This document shows, piece by piece, positions 10,145 to 20,628 of a DNA stretch of 64,000 nt. Made by a program: the position numbers and the translations under genes. How positions within the stretch are numbered: the first letter of the stretch is position 1; each line of letters opens with the position of its first letter. This stretch comes from Candidatus Heimdallarchaeum endolithica (GTDB lineage Archaea > Asgardarchaeota > Heimdallarchaeia > Heimdallarchaeales > Heimdallarchaeaceae), in contig CP084167.1 in assembly GCA_021513715.1 (NCBI GenBank), forward strand, positions 896,001-960,000. Direction: 5' to 3'. Below the pieces are notes generated by a model. That model was given only the letters and a program-made list of their open reading frames with translations. It was not told where the DNA came from and made no database searches.

Positions 10145-10891
10145 TTAGTTCTTCTTTCCTACAGCAGCTGCATAAATAATAAATTGATCCTTTCCATCAA
10201 TATTTAGTAACTTATTTAGTTCATCATCGTGAAAAGCACCTATAGCACAAGTTCCACAATTTATGTTTTCTGATGCAAGATAAATATTCTGACAAACATG
10301 TCCTGCATCTAAGAATAGATATCGATAACCTCTTTCTCCATATCTCCACACCATTCTATAAGTAATAGCTACCCAAAAGAACGTCACTGCACTGTTTTTT
10401 ACCATACTTTGGTTATATGAAGCTTTTGTAAACTTTTCAGAAAGATTTTCAGAATTATCAATAAACAACAAACTATGCTTTGAAGCAATATATCTATAGA
10501 GTCCAGGTTCTAGATTTTTAACATTATTAACCAACAAAAAAGTTTCAAAAGCATGCCTTGCACCAGCTGAAGGAACAGTTCTTAGAGTATAAGTTTGCCT
10601 CATAAATTCTTTTATTCCCTGGGAAGACCATAGAAGCCAACTAAGCTCTAACAAACTTATTGGAGTAGAGGAATATTTTCTAAGCGATTTTCTACTTGCA
10701 ATACACTCTTCTAAAGAAATTTTAGGGATATCGCTAAAATCTTTACTTAACTTTATTAATTCAGCATTTTTATCCCATGGTAGTTCTAAAGGAGGAGAAG
10801 GAGCCCCTTTACCTTGATCACTTCGAGAAAGATATTTATATTTAGTTTTTTCGACAAACTCTCTACCAATATTTTTGCCAGTCATAATCAT
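10145..10891 (-). CDS. SagB/ThcOx-family nitroreductase
   Basis: RKSLRKY, RTVPSAGA, YGERGYRY, DAGHVCQN, IGAF. Confidence 0.9.
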   Translation of the reverse strand: MIMTGKNIGREFVEKTKYKYLSRSDQGKGAPSPPLELPWDKNAELIKLSKDFSDIPKISLEECIASRKSLRKYSSTPISLLELSWLLWSSQGIKEFMRQTYTLRTVPSAGARHAFETFLLVNNVKNLEPGLYRYIASKHSLLFIDNSENLSEKFTKASYNQSMVKNSAVTFFWVAITYRMVWRYGERGYRYLFLDAGHVCQNIYLASENINCGTCAIGAFHDDELNKLLNIDGKDQFIIYAAAVGKKN

Positions 10892-10980
10892 ACTTAAGTA
10901 ATAAGATTATTAAAATTGTTCCTTTTAAAGGTGCATTATTACTTTAAAAAACTTAAAAAAGCTTTAAAATAATTTCACAT

Positions 10981-11595
10981 GTGACACAAAGGAACTATAA
11001 AATAGTACTTATTGGAAACGCCCTTGTAGGAAAAACTGCTATAGTCACACGCTTTGCCAAGGATTATTTTGAACAAAATTACTTACGGACACTAGTAATT
11101 AATTACTACATAAAGACTCAAATAATAAATAATGTTGAAGTTAAAATGATTATCACTGATACAGCTGGACAGGAAGCTTTTCAACGTCTCAGGAGTTCAT
11201 ATTATAAGGGAGCTAGAGGAGCGATAATTGTTTACTCAATTAACGACCGTCACAGCTTTGGACAAGTTGAATACTGGAAAAATGAGATGTTCAAAACTTT
11301 AAACGAACTTCCAATAATAATTGTAGGAAACAAAATCGATTTATTAGAACAAAGAAAAGTATCCACCAGTGAGGGGCGTCTATTAGCCAAAAAATTAGGT
11401 TGTTTATTCATTGAATCATCTGCCAAAACAGGAGAAAACATAAATGAAATCTTTAAAATGATAGTAAAAGATATACTAAGAAAAGATGATTTAATCTCTA
11501 CAAATGGAGAAAAAGAAGATATTCAAGTAGATAAAGAAGAAGAACAAAAACCAGTAAATGAAGAAGAAATAGAAAATAAACAACAAGAACAATAA
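10981..11595 (+). CDS. Rab-like small GTPase
   Basis: G1 GNALVGKT, G3 DTAGQE, YYKGA, G4 NKID, G5 SSAK. Confidence 0.92.
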   Translation: MTQRNYKIVLIGNALVGKTAIVTRFAKDYFEQNYLRTLVINYYIKTQIINNVEVKMIITDTAGQEAFQRLRSSYYKGARGAIIVYSINDRHSFGQVEYWKNEMFKTLNELPIIIVGNKIDLLEQRKVSTSEGRLLAKKLGCLFIESSAKTGENINEIFKMIVKDILRKDDLISTNGEKEDIQVDKEEEQKPVNEEEIENKQQEQ

Positions 11596-11659
11596 GAAGA
11601 ATTAAAAATCTAAAAAATAATTTGAAAAAGAAAGTTTAATCAAAAGAAGGTTTCTACTA

Positions 11660-12424
11660 ATGCAAGAAGTAGTTTTCTTTACCTACTACCAATATATCTT
11701 TTTATCAATAGGCATTGTTGCATTTTTTCTACTACTTAAGGTAACAGCGCCTTATGGAAAACACTTTTCAGAAAAATTTGGCCCTTCAATTAAAGGATCT
11801 TGGGCATGGCTGATAATGGAGTCACCAGCTGCGATTACTACAACAATTCTTCTTTTACTTTCAATAGATAATCTGTCACTCGTTCCTGTCCTTTTGGTTT
11901 GTATTTTTTGTGTTCATTACTACCCCAGAGATTTCATTTACCCCTTTTGGGCAAGAAGAGAAGCTAAAACTCCTTTAATTATCATGTGCTCTGCCATATT
12001 CTTCAACATAAGCAATGCTTACTTACAAACTAGATGGTTACTTAAATTTGCTCCAGAAGATAAATATACTATTGCTTGGCTTTACTCTCCACAATTTATT
12101 ATAGGAAGCTTACTTTTTATTTTAGGATTTATTTTCAATCGAAAAGCAGAAATTACTTTGCGTAAACTAAGAAAAAAAGGAGAAAAAAGCTATAAAATAC
12201 CTCAGGGAGGAATGTTTGAATTTATTTCATGCCCTAATTACTTTTTTGAAATTATTGAATGGATAGGTTGGGCAATATTAACTTGGTCTGTTCCAGGGTT
12301 GGTGTTTATAATATGGACTATTGCTAACCTTGGCCCAAGAGCAATAAGCACACATAAATGGTACAAAAAGAATTTTCCTAATTACCCAAAATCAAGAAAA
12401 GCGCTTATTCCATTTATTTGTTGA
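11660..12424 (+). CDS. steroid 5-alpha-reductase (SRD5A/DET2)-family membrane reductase
   Basis: APYGKH, WLIMESP, HYYPR, CPNYFFEIIEW, NLGPRA, HKWY, RKALIPF. Confidence 0.88.
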   Translation: MQEVVFFTYYQYIFLSIGIVAFFLLLKVTAPYGKHFSEKFGPSIKGSWAWLIMESPAAITTTILLLLSIDNLSLVPVLLVCIFCVHYYPRDFIYPFWARREAKTPLIIMCSAIFFNISNAYLQTRWLLKFAPEDKYTIAWLYSPQFIIGSLLFILGFIFNRKAEITLRKLRKKGEKSYKIPQGGMFEFISCPNYFFEIIEWIGWAILTWSVPGLVFIIWTIANLGPRAISTHKWYKKNFPNYPKSRKALIPFIC

Positions 12425-12494
12425 AGATTTCTTGTAGATAAAAATTAAAGAGTTTAGGAAAAGATTTTTTATTTAGTAAAGTTACATTTATTTT

Positions 12495-13411
12495 ATGAAA
12501 AGAATAACAAAAGTCTTTTTTTCGGTTAGTTTTCTCTTGCTAATCACTATTATGACCTTTAGTCAATATTCTAAAGGTTTATACTCTTCTGAATTGAAGA
12601 ATAATTCACTATATACTTGGAATGTCCAAACTCTTGAAAAGGTAGGAACTTATACTACTCCTTACCTAACTATTGGTGATGTTGGACTAAAACAAGGTGA
12701 TGTCATAAAATTACGCTTAACAAATGACACAGATGAAGTAGCTAATGGTTCAGTGGCCAATTTATGGGGAAAAGAAACAATATATGGTTTGACCTTTTTA
12801 TTAATGATGAATTTGTGACAAATGACTCTAATGTACCATTATTTGACTTAGATTGGATGGGAATTTCCAGAATATATATGGATTGGGCTAATCAGTATGA
12901 TTTTTATTGGGTTCTACCAGTAAAATTTACTAATCAAACAGGAACTTATGAATTCTTTGAAGTTACACATAGCCTTTTCAACAACCTAAAACAAAGCCAG
13001 AAATTAACACAAGAATACCATGGCTATTATAGCAATATCAGTTGGAACTTAAAACAGATATCAAAATTATCAAACTTGACTTGGTCGCTAGTTGTTTCAT
13101 GGACTTACAAAGAAAAAACAGAAGACAGAACATCACCTGATTGGACTAATATAAATCTTGAAGAAACTATTAACACAGAATTTAGGTTTAATAGAAAAAC
13201 AGGATTATTAGTCTATTTATCATATAAATATAGTCTAAAACAAAATGAAAAATCTGAAGGTGTTGAAACTGACGAAAATGAAAGTTTAGATCTGTTGATA
13301 ACAAGCAACGAGTTACCCACAAAAGCTTCTTCCAACTTTCTATTATTTATGATAGCAATTTTTACAGTAGCAAGTATTAAAATAGTCTATAAAAAACGCC
13401 AGAAAAAATAG
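12495..13411 (+). pseudogene. secreted, C-terminally anchored surface protein split by a -1 frameshift (ORFs 12495-12818 and 12764-13411)
   Basis: ORF1 has a signal peptide; ORF2 (-1 frame) has a C-terminal TM plus basic tail; the overlap contains G-GGA-AAA at 12767-12773. Confidence 0.6.
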
Positions 13412-13480
13412 TAAATATCCTCTTTCTCTCTTTTTCATTTTTCAAAAAAGTTTATTAGTTTAAAAGAAATGTGATTATTA

Positions 13481-13846
13481 ATGAGTTCCAGCAATTTAAA
13501 TGAAAGATATATTGATTTAGAACAAATTTGCAATGAATACGATATTAGGCTTTTTAAACCTCTTAGTTGGATTTTGATCTTGAACCTTCAACTGATACCT
13601 GAAGAAGATATTCAAAATGACCCAAAACTAAAATTCTCCTATGCTTTGCTTGAAGATAACAAAGAAGAAGCTTTAAAAATCGCAAATGAATTAAAAGAAA
13701 AAGACACAACAATCTCTAAATTCTTTCAACAACTATTGGAATTTGACCCAGGACTAAAAACAACTCTAGAAATAAGTAAAAAATTCTTTGATTTTTCAAA
13801 AAGAAGAATTGAATTTATTAGAGAACATGGTATCAAAGCTTACTAA
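13481..13846 (+). CDS. hypothetical protein
   Basis: 121-aa ORF with upstream TATA-like TTTATT. Confidence 0.6.
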   Translation: MSSSNLNERYIDLEQICNEYDIRLFKPLSWILILNLQLIPEEDIQNDPKLKFSYALLEDNKEEALKIANELKEKDTTISKFFQQLLEFDPGLKTTLEISKKFFDFSKRRIEFIREHGIKAY

Positions 13847-13867
13847 TTTCTTCTTATTTTTCCAATT

Positions 13868-14182
13868 TCAATAGATAGTTTCTCTCATCCACTCCAAATA
13901 TTCTTCAGAAGAATATATTATTGGTAGAGCTATAATCTCTGGTATTTCGTAAGTATGTTGTTTCTTTATCTCTTCAACAATTATCGGAAATTTGTCAGAA
14001 AAAGTTTTAGCAATCACTAAATACTCTTCTGCTACTTCAATGTTCCCTTTCCACCAATATTTTGAATGTATTTTCGAAATCTGAACGCAGACTACAAGTT
14101 TTTCTTCAAGAAGAAATTTACTTAACCTTTCTGCTTCTTCTTTACTATCAATACTCACATGCAAATGTATTGGTTCATTCAT
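13868..14182 (-). CDS. cutA: divalent-cation tolerance protein CutA
   Basis: LEEKLVVCVQ, YWWKG, HTYEIPEII, YLEWM. Confidence 0.92.
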   Translation of the reverse strand: MNEPIHLHVSIDSKEEAERLSKFLLEEKLVVCVQISKIHSKYWWKGNIEVAEEYLVIAKTFSDKFPIIVEEIKKQHTYEIPEIIALPIIYSSEEYLEWMRETIY

Positions 14183-14270
14183 TGTTTTTTTTTCTCTTTT
14201 TCTCTTTTTAAGTGTATAGGCAAATAGACATATCGAAATATTTAGATACGTAAGTGTTTTTGTTGTAATT

Positions 14271-15596
14271 ATGATTTGGGAAAAGATTCTAGAGATGCTA
14301 GAAAATGGATGGTTAAGTTTACTGGACTACATCTCTTTTCATGTTTTGCTATGTTTAATTCCTGCTTTTTTTATCGCAGGAGCAATGACAGTTTTTATTC
14401 CAAAAAGAGCTATTTTAAAGTATATAGGAAAAGATTCAAAGAAAATAATAGCTTATCCTGCAGCAGCAATAGTTGGTCTTCTTATAGCAGTTTGTTCTTG
14501 TACAGTTTTACCTATTTTTGCAGGAATAAAAAAGAAAGGAGCAGGATTAGGACCCGCAATTACTTTTCTTTTTGCTGCACCAGCTGTAAATATTCTTGCT
14601 TTGGTTTATACTGGGGGCATGATAGGTGCAGATATAGCTATTGCAAGAGCAGTTCTAGCACTATTTTTTTCGATATTAATAGGATATCTAATGGAGTTAC
14701 TTTTTGAACGAAAAAAAGGAGAAATTAAAGAAGATATAAAAGACGAAGATCAATCAAATGAAAAAAGAAAGAAGGAAAAAAAACTTGATTGGAAAGGAAT
14801 CATTAATTTTACTTTAGGAATTCTGGGAATACTCGCAGGAATATTACTTTTAATATTAGACAAAAATTTGTTGAGTTCTATTGGAGTAAACAAACCTTTC
14901 ATTTTTCAATCAATAATATGGATAACTGGATTAGGAATTTTAGTAATCTTTTCTTTTTCTTCTACAAATAAGGAATTGTCATTATTTCTATTTCTAATTT
15001 ATTCTTTATTTACTGGAACCTCTCAAATAACATTCTTTTCTTCTTATTATGGATTAGGAAAAACTACTCTCTCACCTTCTTTTCTCAATATGATAATGAA
15101 AGGAGCTTTAACTCTTATAGTTGCAACATTTATTATTTTCCATACATTCAAGAATTTTGAAAAAGAAGAGAGAAATGAGTGGATGAAAGAAACTTGGTCT
15201 TTTTTCAAATCCATCTTTCCTTTAATTGTTATAGGAGTATTTTTAGCTGGAATGCTAGAGGTAATAATTCCTGAAAAATGGGTACAAACTGTGGTTGGGA
15301 GAAACAGTTTGCTTGGTAATTTTACTGGCGTAATGTTTGGAGTTTTTATGTATTTTCCAACACTAATGGAAGTACCTATAGCAAAAATGTTTCTTAATTT
15401 AGGAATGTCTAGAGGAGTTTTATTGGCCTATTTACTTGCAGATCCTGAACTAAGCATCCAATCGATCTTAGTTACTAGAAAATATCTTGGAGATAAGAAG
15501 AATCTTGTTTATGTCATTTTAGTGATTATTTTTTGTACCATAGCAGGTCTTATTTTTGGAATTGTAGTAAGTAAAGAACCAATATATTGGTATTAG
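14271..15596 (+). CDS. ArsP/DUF318 permease
   Basis: AVCSCTVLP, FLFAAPAVN, MYFPTLMEVPI; many TMs. Confidence 0.85.
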   Translation: MIWEKILEMLENGWLSLLDYISFHVLLCLIPAFFIAGAMTVFIPKRAILKYIGKDSKKIIAYPAAAIVGLLIAVCSCTVLPIFAGIKKKGAGLGPAITFLFAAPAVNILALVYTGGMIGADIAIARAVLALFFSILIGYLMELLFERKKGEIKEDIKDEDQSNEKRKKEKKLDWKGIINFTLGILGILAGILLLILDKNLLSSIGVNKPFIFQSIIWITGLGILVIFSFSSTNKELSLFLFLIYSLFTGTSQITFFSSYYGLGKTTLSPSFLNMIMKGALTLIVATFIIFHTFKNFEKEERNEWMKETWSFFKSIFPLIVIGVFLAGMLEVIIPEKWVQTVVGRNSLLGNFTGVMFGVFMYFPTLMEVPIAKMFLNLGMSRGVLLAYLLADPELSIQSILVTRKYLGDKKNLVYVILVIIFCTIAGLIFGIVVSKEPIYWY

Positions 15597-15607
15597 GAGG
15601 TGAAAAA

Positions 15608-15853
15608 ATGAGTGAAAAAAAGAAAATCAAGGTTTTAGGAGCAGGATGTAAGAAATGTAAAAAACAGTTAGAGTATGTTCAACATGCTCTAAGGAAAAAA
15701 AACAAAGAAAATGAATATGAGATAGAATATGTTACAGATCCAGATAAAATAGCAGAAGAAGGAATTTTTTTAACACCTGCACTAATAATTGGTGACAAAG
15801 TTATAAGTGAAGGCAAAATAGTAAGCGAAAATAAACTTGAAAAGATGCTATAA
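15608..15853 (+). CDS. small thioredoxin-like (MTH895-type) protein
   Basis: LGAGCKKC, TPAL; AGGAGGTG upstream of ATG 15608; typical partner of ArsP permeases. Confidence 0.85.
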   Translation: MSEKKKIKVLGAGCKKCKKQLEYVQHALRKKNKENEYEIEYVTDPDKIAEEGIFLTPALIIGDKVISEGKIVSENKLEKML

Positions 15854-15911
15854 AAGCTATATCTCTTTTTTAATTTTTTTACAAAATTTTTGAATTTAGA
15901 AACTTAATCCT

Positions 15912-16712
15912 TTATTCCAGAGCTGCTAACAGTTTATCTTTGTCTTCAGAAGCAATAAAAATCATTGAATTTATATAATCTGTCAAAATTTCTTTTTCAG
16001 TTTCTGTAGGTTTAAAGTTTTGCGCTTGAGTTAAAATGAATATTAACTCTGTTGCCTGTTCTGGATAATGATCAAACAAGTAGATAATACTATTAAATGG
16101 AATGAGATTCAATAATGTTGAACAAAGGTGTCTTACTTCACGTTCAATTTTTTGTGCTAGAGGCTTTAAAATTGAATAGAACTCTCTAAGTTGAAAAGTG
16201 ATGAACTCATAATATGTAGAACCAAATGGGAATCTTTGTTCATGAAGGCTTAAAGCTATATATAAATATACATTTATATAATATTGAATTTTTAGTACTA
16301 TTGTTAAGTTTGTATCTGACCTTGGAGTAAAATACAACTGATAGTTTTTAAAATTCTCAGAGAACTCATTAATTTCTGACACTATATCTTGTGAAAGAAC
16401 TCCTTCTTCATTCTCAATTAATTCTTTAAAAATCGAAAGATATAATTTAGATAAGAAGAATAAAATTGTCTGCATATCCATTTTTTTTTCTTCTATTATC
16501 TTCTTTGCCGTTAAAGAAAAAACAACTAGCTTTTCTATTGGAGTTTCTAATTCTTTTTGTTCTTGGCTAAAGGATGCATTAGGTAATGAAAATAAGGTTT
16601 CTTCAAATTCTCCATTCTCTATTTTTTCTTCAGAATCCTTAGATATTAGTTGAAAAAAAGAGTGGATTGGGAGATATATTCTTATTTTCTCACGTAAAGA
16701 GTGTGAATACAT
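15912..16712 (-). CDS. hypothetical helical protein
   Basis: 266-aa ORF operonic with the TPR gene. Confidence 0.6.
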   Translation of the reverse strand: MYSHSLREKIRIYLPIHSFFQLISKDSEEKIENGEFEETLFSLPNASFSQEQKELETPIEKLVVFSLTAKKIIEEKKMDMQTILFFLSKLYLSIFKELIENEEGVLSQDIVSEINEFSENFKNYQLYFTPRSDTNLTIVLKIQYYINVYLYIALSLHEQRFPFGSTYYEFITFQLREFYSILKPLAQKIEREVRHLCSTLLNLIPFNSIIYLFDHYPEQATELIFILTQAQNFKPTETEKEILTDYINSMIFIASEDKDKLLAALE

Positions 16713-16720
16713 TCTTACAC

Positions 16721-18037
16721 CTACAAATTAAAATGATGGAATAAGTCTAGAAAATTACCTATCATTTCAGAATAAGCAAGTTCGCCATGCTCTATCATCC
16801 ATTGATAAATTTCTTCAATTCCTTGTAAAAGAGATTTAACATTTGTATTTAAATTCAATTGAGTAATTTGATAGGATAAATAGAAGAATTTAGTCATTTT
16901 TGCTTTTACAATATCTCCATAATTTTCAAAAATATCCATTATTCTTTTCATTTCTTCTTCAATATCTAGATCTTCTAACTCCTTATCTATATCAAAGTTC
17001 ATCAAAATTCCGGAAAAGTCTCTCAACATTGACCTTGACTTATTTTGTATTAAAGCAGGTAGAAAAATAAAAGAAGTTAGGGCTTCTTCATATTCTAAGT
17101 TTTCAGAAATAAAATAGTGCTTTGCTTTCATATAATAATGTGTAGCATCTTTAAATTGCCCTACAGTTTGATTTAATCCAGCTAGTAACCTATAAAGTTT
17201 TGAAGCTAAATCATAATTCTCTATACTTTCAACTGTAGATAATAGTCGCTCTCCCTTTTCTATAGCTTCTTCAGGATTTATCTGTTCTGCACGTAATTCA
17301 AGTTCTATCCTATAAGCGTTCAGAGCTAAAGGTTGAATATCTTCAGGACCGTATTTCTGTATATAGGAATCTATATATTCAACAGTAGTTGAAGGTTCTT
17401 CAGTAAATTGAGAAAGAATAATTTTTTTCTCGAATGCAGACCTTTCAAAGGGCGTTTCTTCAAAATACTTGAGAGCTTTATCTAATTTAGAAAAAGCAGT
17501 CATCACATCTCCTTTTTCAGCATCAATTTGAGCTTCTAAAACGTTTAATTCATGATAATATACTTCGTTTCCAAATTCTTTTGCTTTATCCTTAAGTGTA
17601 GATATAAGTTCCTTGGCTTCATCAAGATTGTGATAAATAATCATTATTTGAGCTCTTAATTGCCAATATCTGAAATATGTCTGGATATTGGCTCTTACAT
17701 CTATGTCTTCTTGCTCTATAGAGTCTAACCATTCTAAACCCAAAGTATACTCTCCATACAAAATGTATGTCGCTGCTAACTCTATTACTGCTTCTATATT
17801 TTCTTGAAGAAGTAATTGATCTCTGGTTTGAAAATAAAGATCTTCTAATATTTCAATAGCTTCTTTCTTTCTTCCAACCAGAGAAAGACATCTAGCAATT
17901 TTTATTTTGATTCTTCTTTCTTCTTCCTCCATCCCTTTTGTGAAAAAGATTGTATGAGCTTTTAAATAATAGTGTAAAGCTTGTTTAAATTTATATTTAG
18001 TAAAAAGTTCATCGCCTTTATCTCTTTCAAAGCTCAT
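16721..18037 (-). CDS. TPR-like protein
   Basis: Repeating helical units (IARCLSLVGRKKEAIE, LAGLNQTVGQFKDATHYY). Confidence 0.65.
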   Translation of the reverse strand: MSFERDKGDELFTKYKFKQALHYYLKAHTIFFTKGMEEEERRIKIKIARCLSLVGRKKEAIEILEDLYFQTRDQLLLQENIEAVIELAATYILYGEYTLGLEWLDSIEQEDIDVRANIQTYFRYWQLRAQIMIIYHNLDEAKELISTLKDKAKEFGNEVYYHELNVLEAQIDAEKGDVMTAFSKLDKALKYFEETPFERSAFEKKIILSQFTEEPSTTVEYIDSYIQKYGPEDIQPLALNAYRIELELRAEQINPEEAIEKGERLLSTVESIENYDLASKLYRLLAGLNQTVGQFKDATHYYMKAKHYFISENLEYEEALTSFIFLPALIQNKSRSMLRDFSGILMNFDIDKELEDLDIEEEMKRIMDIFENYGDIVKAKMTKFFYLSYQITQLNLNTNVKSLLQGIEEIYQWMIEHGELAYSEMIGNFLDLFHHFNL

Positions 18038-18144
18038 TTAATGCCCTCTATAACTTCAATAATAAATGAAGATAGAAATATATAAACTTGAAGATAATGC
18101 AAAAAAGAATGAGAAGAAAAAAAATAGAACTAAAAAAAAGAAGA

Positions 18145-19890
18145 TTACTCTAATATATTATTTATTTTAAATAATTCCATAACATCTTTAATTTTCTTAT
18201 CCTGATCAATGTTCATATCATTTGTTTCAAGTTCTAAAGATAAAAGCAATTCTGTGGATTTATTACATACAATTCTAATAGTTTCAAGATTAAATTCTTT
18301 AATATTACTAGTATCCCATACATAAGTAATTAACACATTATTTGAATCGTATTCTACTTGCTTCATTACAATTTCTTCATTTTCCAAGAAAGCTTCTAGT
18401 TTAGTCATGTTAATCTTTTTGTTAATATTCAAGGTAATAATGAAATCCCTTAATGCTTTTTTCTCCATTCTTGATTTACTTATCCGTAGATAAACTACTA
18501 AAATCACCCAAGCAACAATACTGGAAAAGAATAAGATCAAGGTAGCTTTCTGATCTTTGTCCAGAGGTAACTTATTAACAATTGAGTTGTAAATAGTTTG
18601 ATCAGAAGATATTTCTCCTATTGCAAAAGCTACAATCTCAAGAATAATTGAACCAGCTAGAATTAGTTCAATCATATCTATCGCTTCACTTGTTCTTGTA
18701 TTTGCTTGTAGAACTTGATTCATAGACTTTGTATTTTGGGTCATTGTTTTATTCATTTTTCTCATTTGCAACTCAGAAAGGGTATTTATGTGATCTCTTT
18801 TTCCTTCCAACTCTGTAAGCAATCCTCTAATTACTTTAGAACTTTCATTTACTCTGTTTTTTATGGTTTCTAATCCATTTTCAATCTCTAAGAAAGCATA
18901 ATCAGATATTCTATCAAAGTTAACTATTAGTTGTTCACAAGAATCTTGTAAAAACTCTTTTACTTGTCCTAAAACGCTAATTGTACTTGATAGAATAGTT
19001 ATCTCTTCTTGCACTTTATTTAAAGCATCAGTGTTTCCTTTTACAGCCATATCAACTAACTTCTGAATTTCATTAGTTTGATCATAAAGTTCCCATACAC
19101 GAGACATGAAACTATCAATAAATATTGTTATTCCTTCTTTGATACCATAATAAATAGAGTAATATTCCAATTCTTTTGTAAATTCCTGTGGTATAAGTAT
19201 AGCTCCTCTATTCCCAAGAAAATAAATTGAATCATTTTCTGAAAAAACACTAAACCCTTCTCCAATTATTTGACTTATTTCAATTTCGCAATCTTCACCA
19301 TCTAAATAGTCTTTTACATCTTCAAACTTCTTATTAATATCTTCTCCAACGATAAGAATAGTTTTAGGTCTATACATTGGATTGCCAAAAATAATTTTGA
19401 TGAAGTTTCTCTGGAACTCAGTAAGAAGAGAGTCTATTACTTGTGAAGAATCTTGTGAAAGATCAGCAATAACTCTAGAAAGCTTATCTAAAGACATAAA
19501 ACTGTTCTTTCCATTTATTTCTTTCAGATCTAAAGAATAAATTATAAAACCTAACTTTGAAATAAATACAGCCATTTCTTCAATCTAAACTATTCCCTCT
19601 TCTTCAGGGAAATCAATTACAGCTTCAAGATTAACATATTTGTTAATGTCATAATCTTTCACAGTAACTTTCGTATATTTTCCTTCTGTAAAAAAAGAAG
19701 GAGAATCAGGGTCAGAATCAATTAATCCTGTAAGTAGAGTCTTGGATGAGCTTTTTTCTATATCTAATTTCTTATTAAGTTCTCTCAATTGATTACTGTC
19801 AAAAGGTAACCATTCGATTACAAATATTTTAGGATTTTTTATAAAAAGAATCTCACTTAATTCATCTTTAATATTATCAGTCTTTTCCAT
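18145..19890 (-). CDS. single reading frame interrupted by one in-frame TAG (ORFs 19585-19890 and 18145-19575); coiled coil plus two TM helices, CorA-like topology
   Basis: GTT-TAG-ATT-GAA-GAA-ATG at 19590-19573 keeps both ORFs in frame. Confidence 0.55.
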
Positions 19891-19894
19891 TTTT

Positions 19895-20500
19895 TCACCT
19901 CACCAACTTATCTGAAACTCTAATAAAATAGGGTTTAGAAACATAAGACACATCTTCGCTCTCTAAAAAATCAATATCTGTGTCAGATTCATCACAGATA
20001 GGGCAATCCATCTTAATAATAGGTTTTTCACCAAGTTTCATGTAAAATTTCAAATGAGTCTTACAGTTTTTACAATAAAATAGATTCTTAACTTCCTCTT
20101 TTACATCTTCTGGAATCTGTTTTAGTAAATGCTGCCCTTGAGGTGTAATTCTATATGCTGTTACGAAACCATGCTTTGCAGTACTTAGTCTGATCTTTTC
20201 CAGAATGTCTAACTCTCTTAAATCTTCTATATCATCCACACCTTCATAACTAATATTACAACTATAACAACTTCTACCAAAAAATTGAACAGAAGTTGGA
20301 GCATAATCATAAGTTTTGTATGACCCCTTTATAATCTGGTAATAAATTACAGCAAGTAAAGGTAATTCTTTAATCCAAATTCGCTTTCCATTTTGAATAA
20401 ACGAATCATCATCTGTTCCAGAAACCCACTTTAACAGATAATCTATTGTGTACAATAATAATTGTTGATCTCTAGTTAATTTTTTAATTTCGACATCCAT
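19895..20500 (-). CDS. hypothetical winged-helix-like protein with Zn ribbon
   Basis: DDIEDLRELDIL...YRITPQG (wHTH-like); CKNC...CPIC; YDYAP motif. Confidence 0.65.
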   Translation of the reverse strand: MDVEIKKLTRDQQLLLYTIDYLLKWVSGTDDDSFIQNGKRIWIKELPLLAVIYYQIIKGSYKTYDYAPTSVQFFGRSCYSCNISYEGVDDIEDLRELDILEKIRLSTAKHGFVTAYRITPQGQHLLKQIPEDVKEEVKNLFYCKNCKTHLKFYMKLGEKPIIKMDCPICDESDTDIDFLESEDVSYVSKPYFIRVSDKLVR

Positions 20501-20628
20501 TTTTAGCTAGTCTAATGAAGCATTAAGCCTATAAAATGTTTTGGTGGATTTTTCTACAAAACTTCAGAACAGCAAGTTTCAGTATTTTAATAGACAGAAT
20601 TACAAATTAGTACAAAATTAATAGGAAA

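Noticed and set aside
10145-10891. RiPP (azole) biosynthesis cluster around the SagB-like gene
   Set aside because: No YcaO or precursor peptide nearby; stand-alone SagB-like nitroreductases are common in archaea
14276-14707. 143-aa Cys/Ser-rich overlapping ORF
   Set aside because: Off-frame shadow of the permease gene
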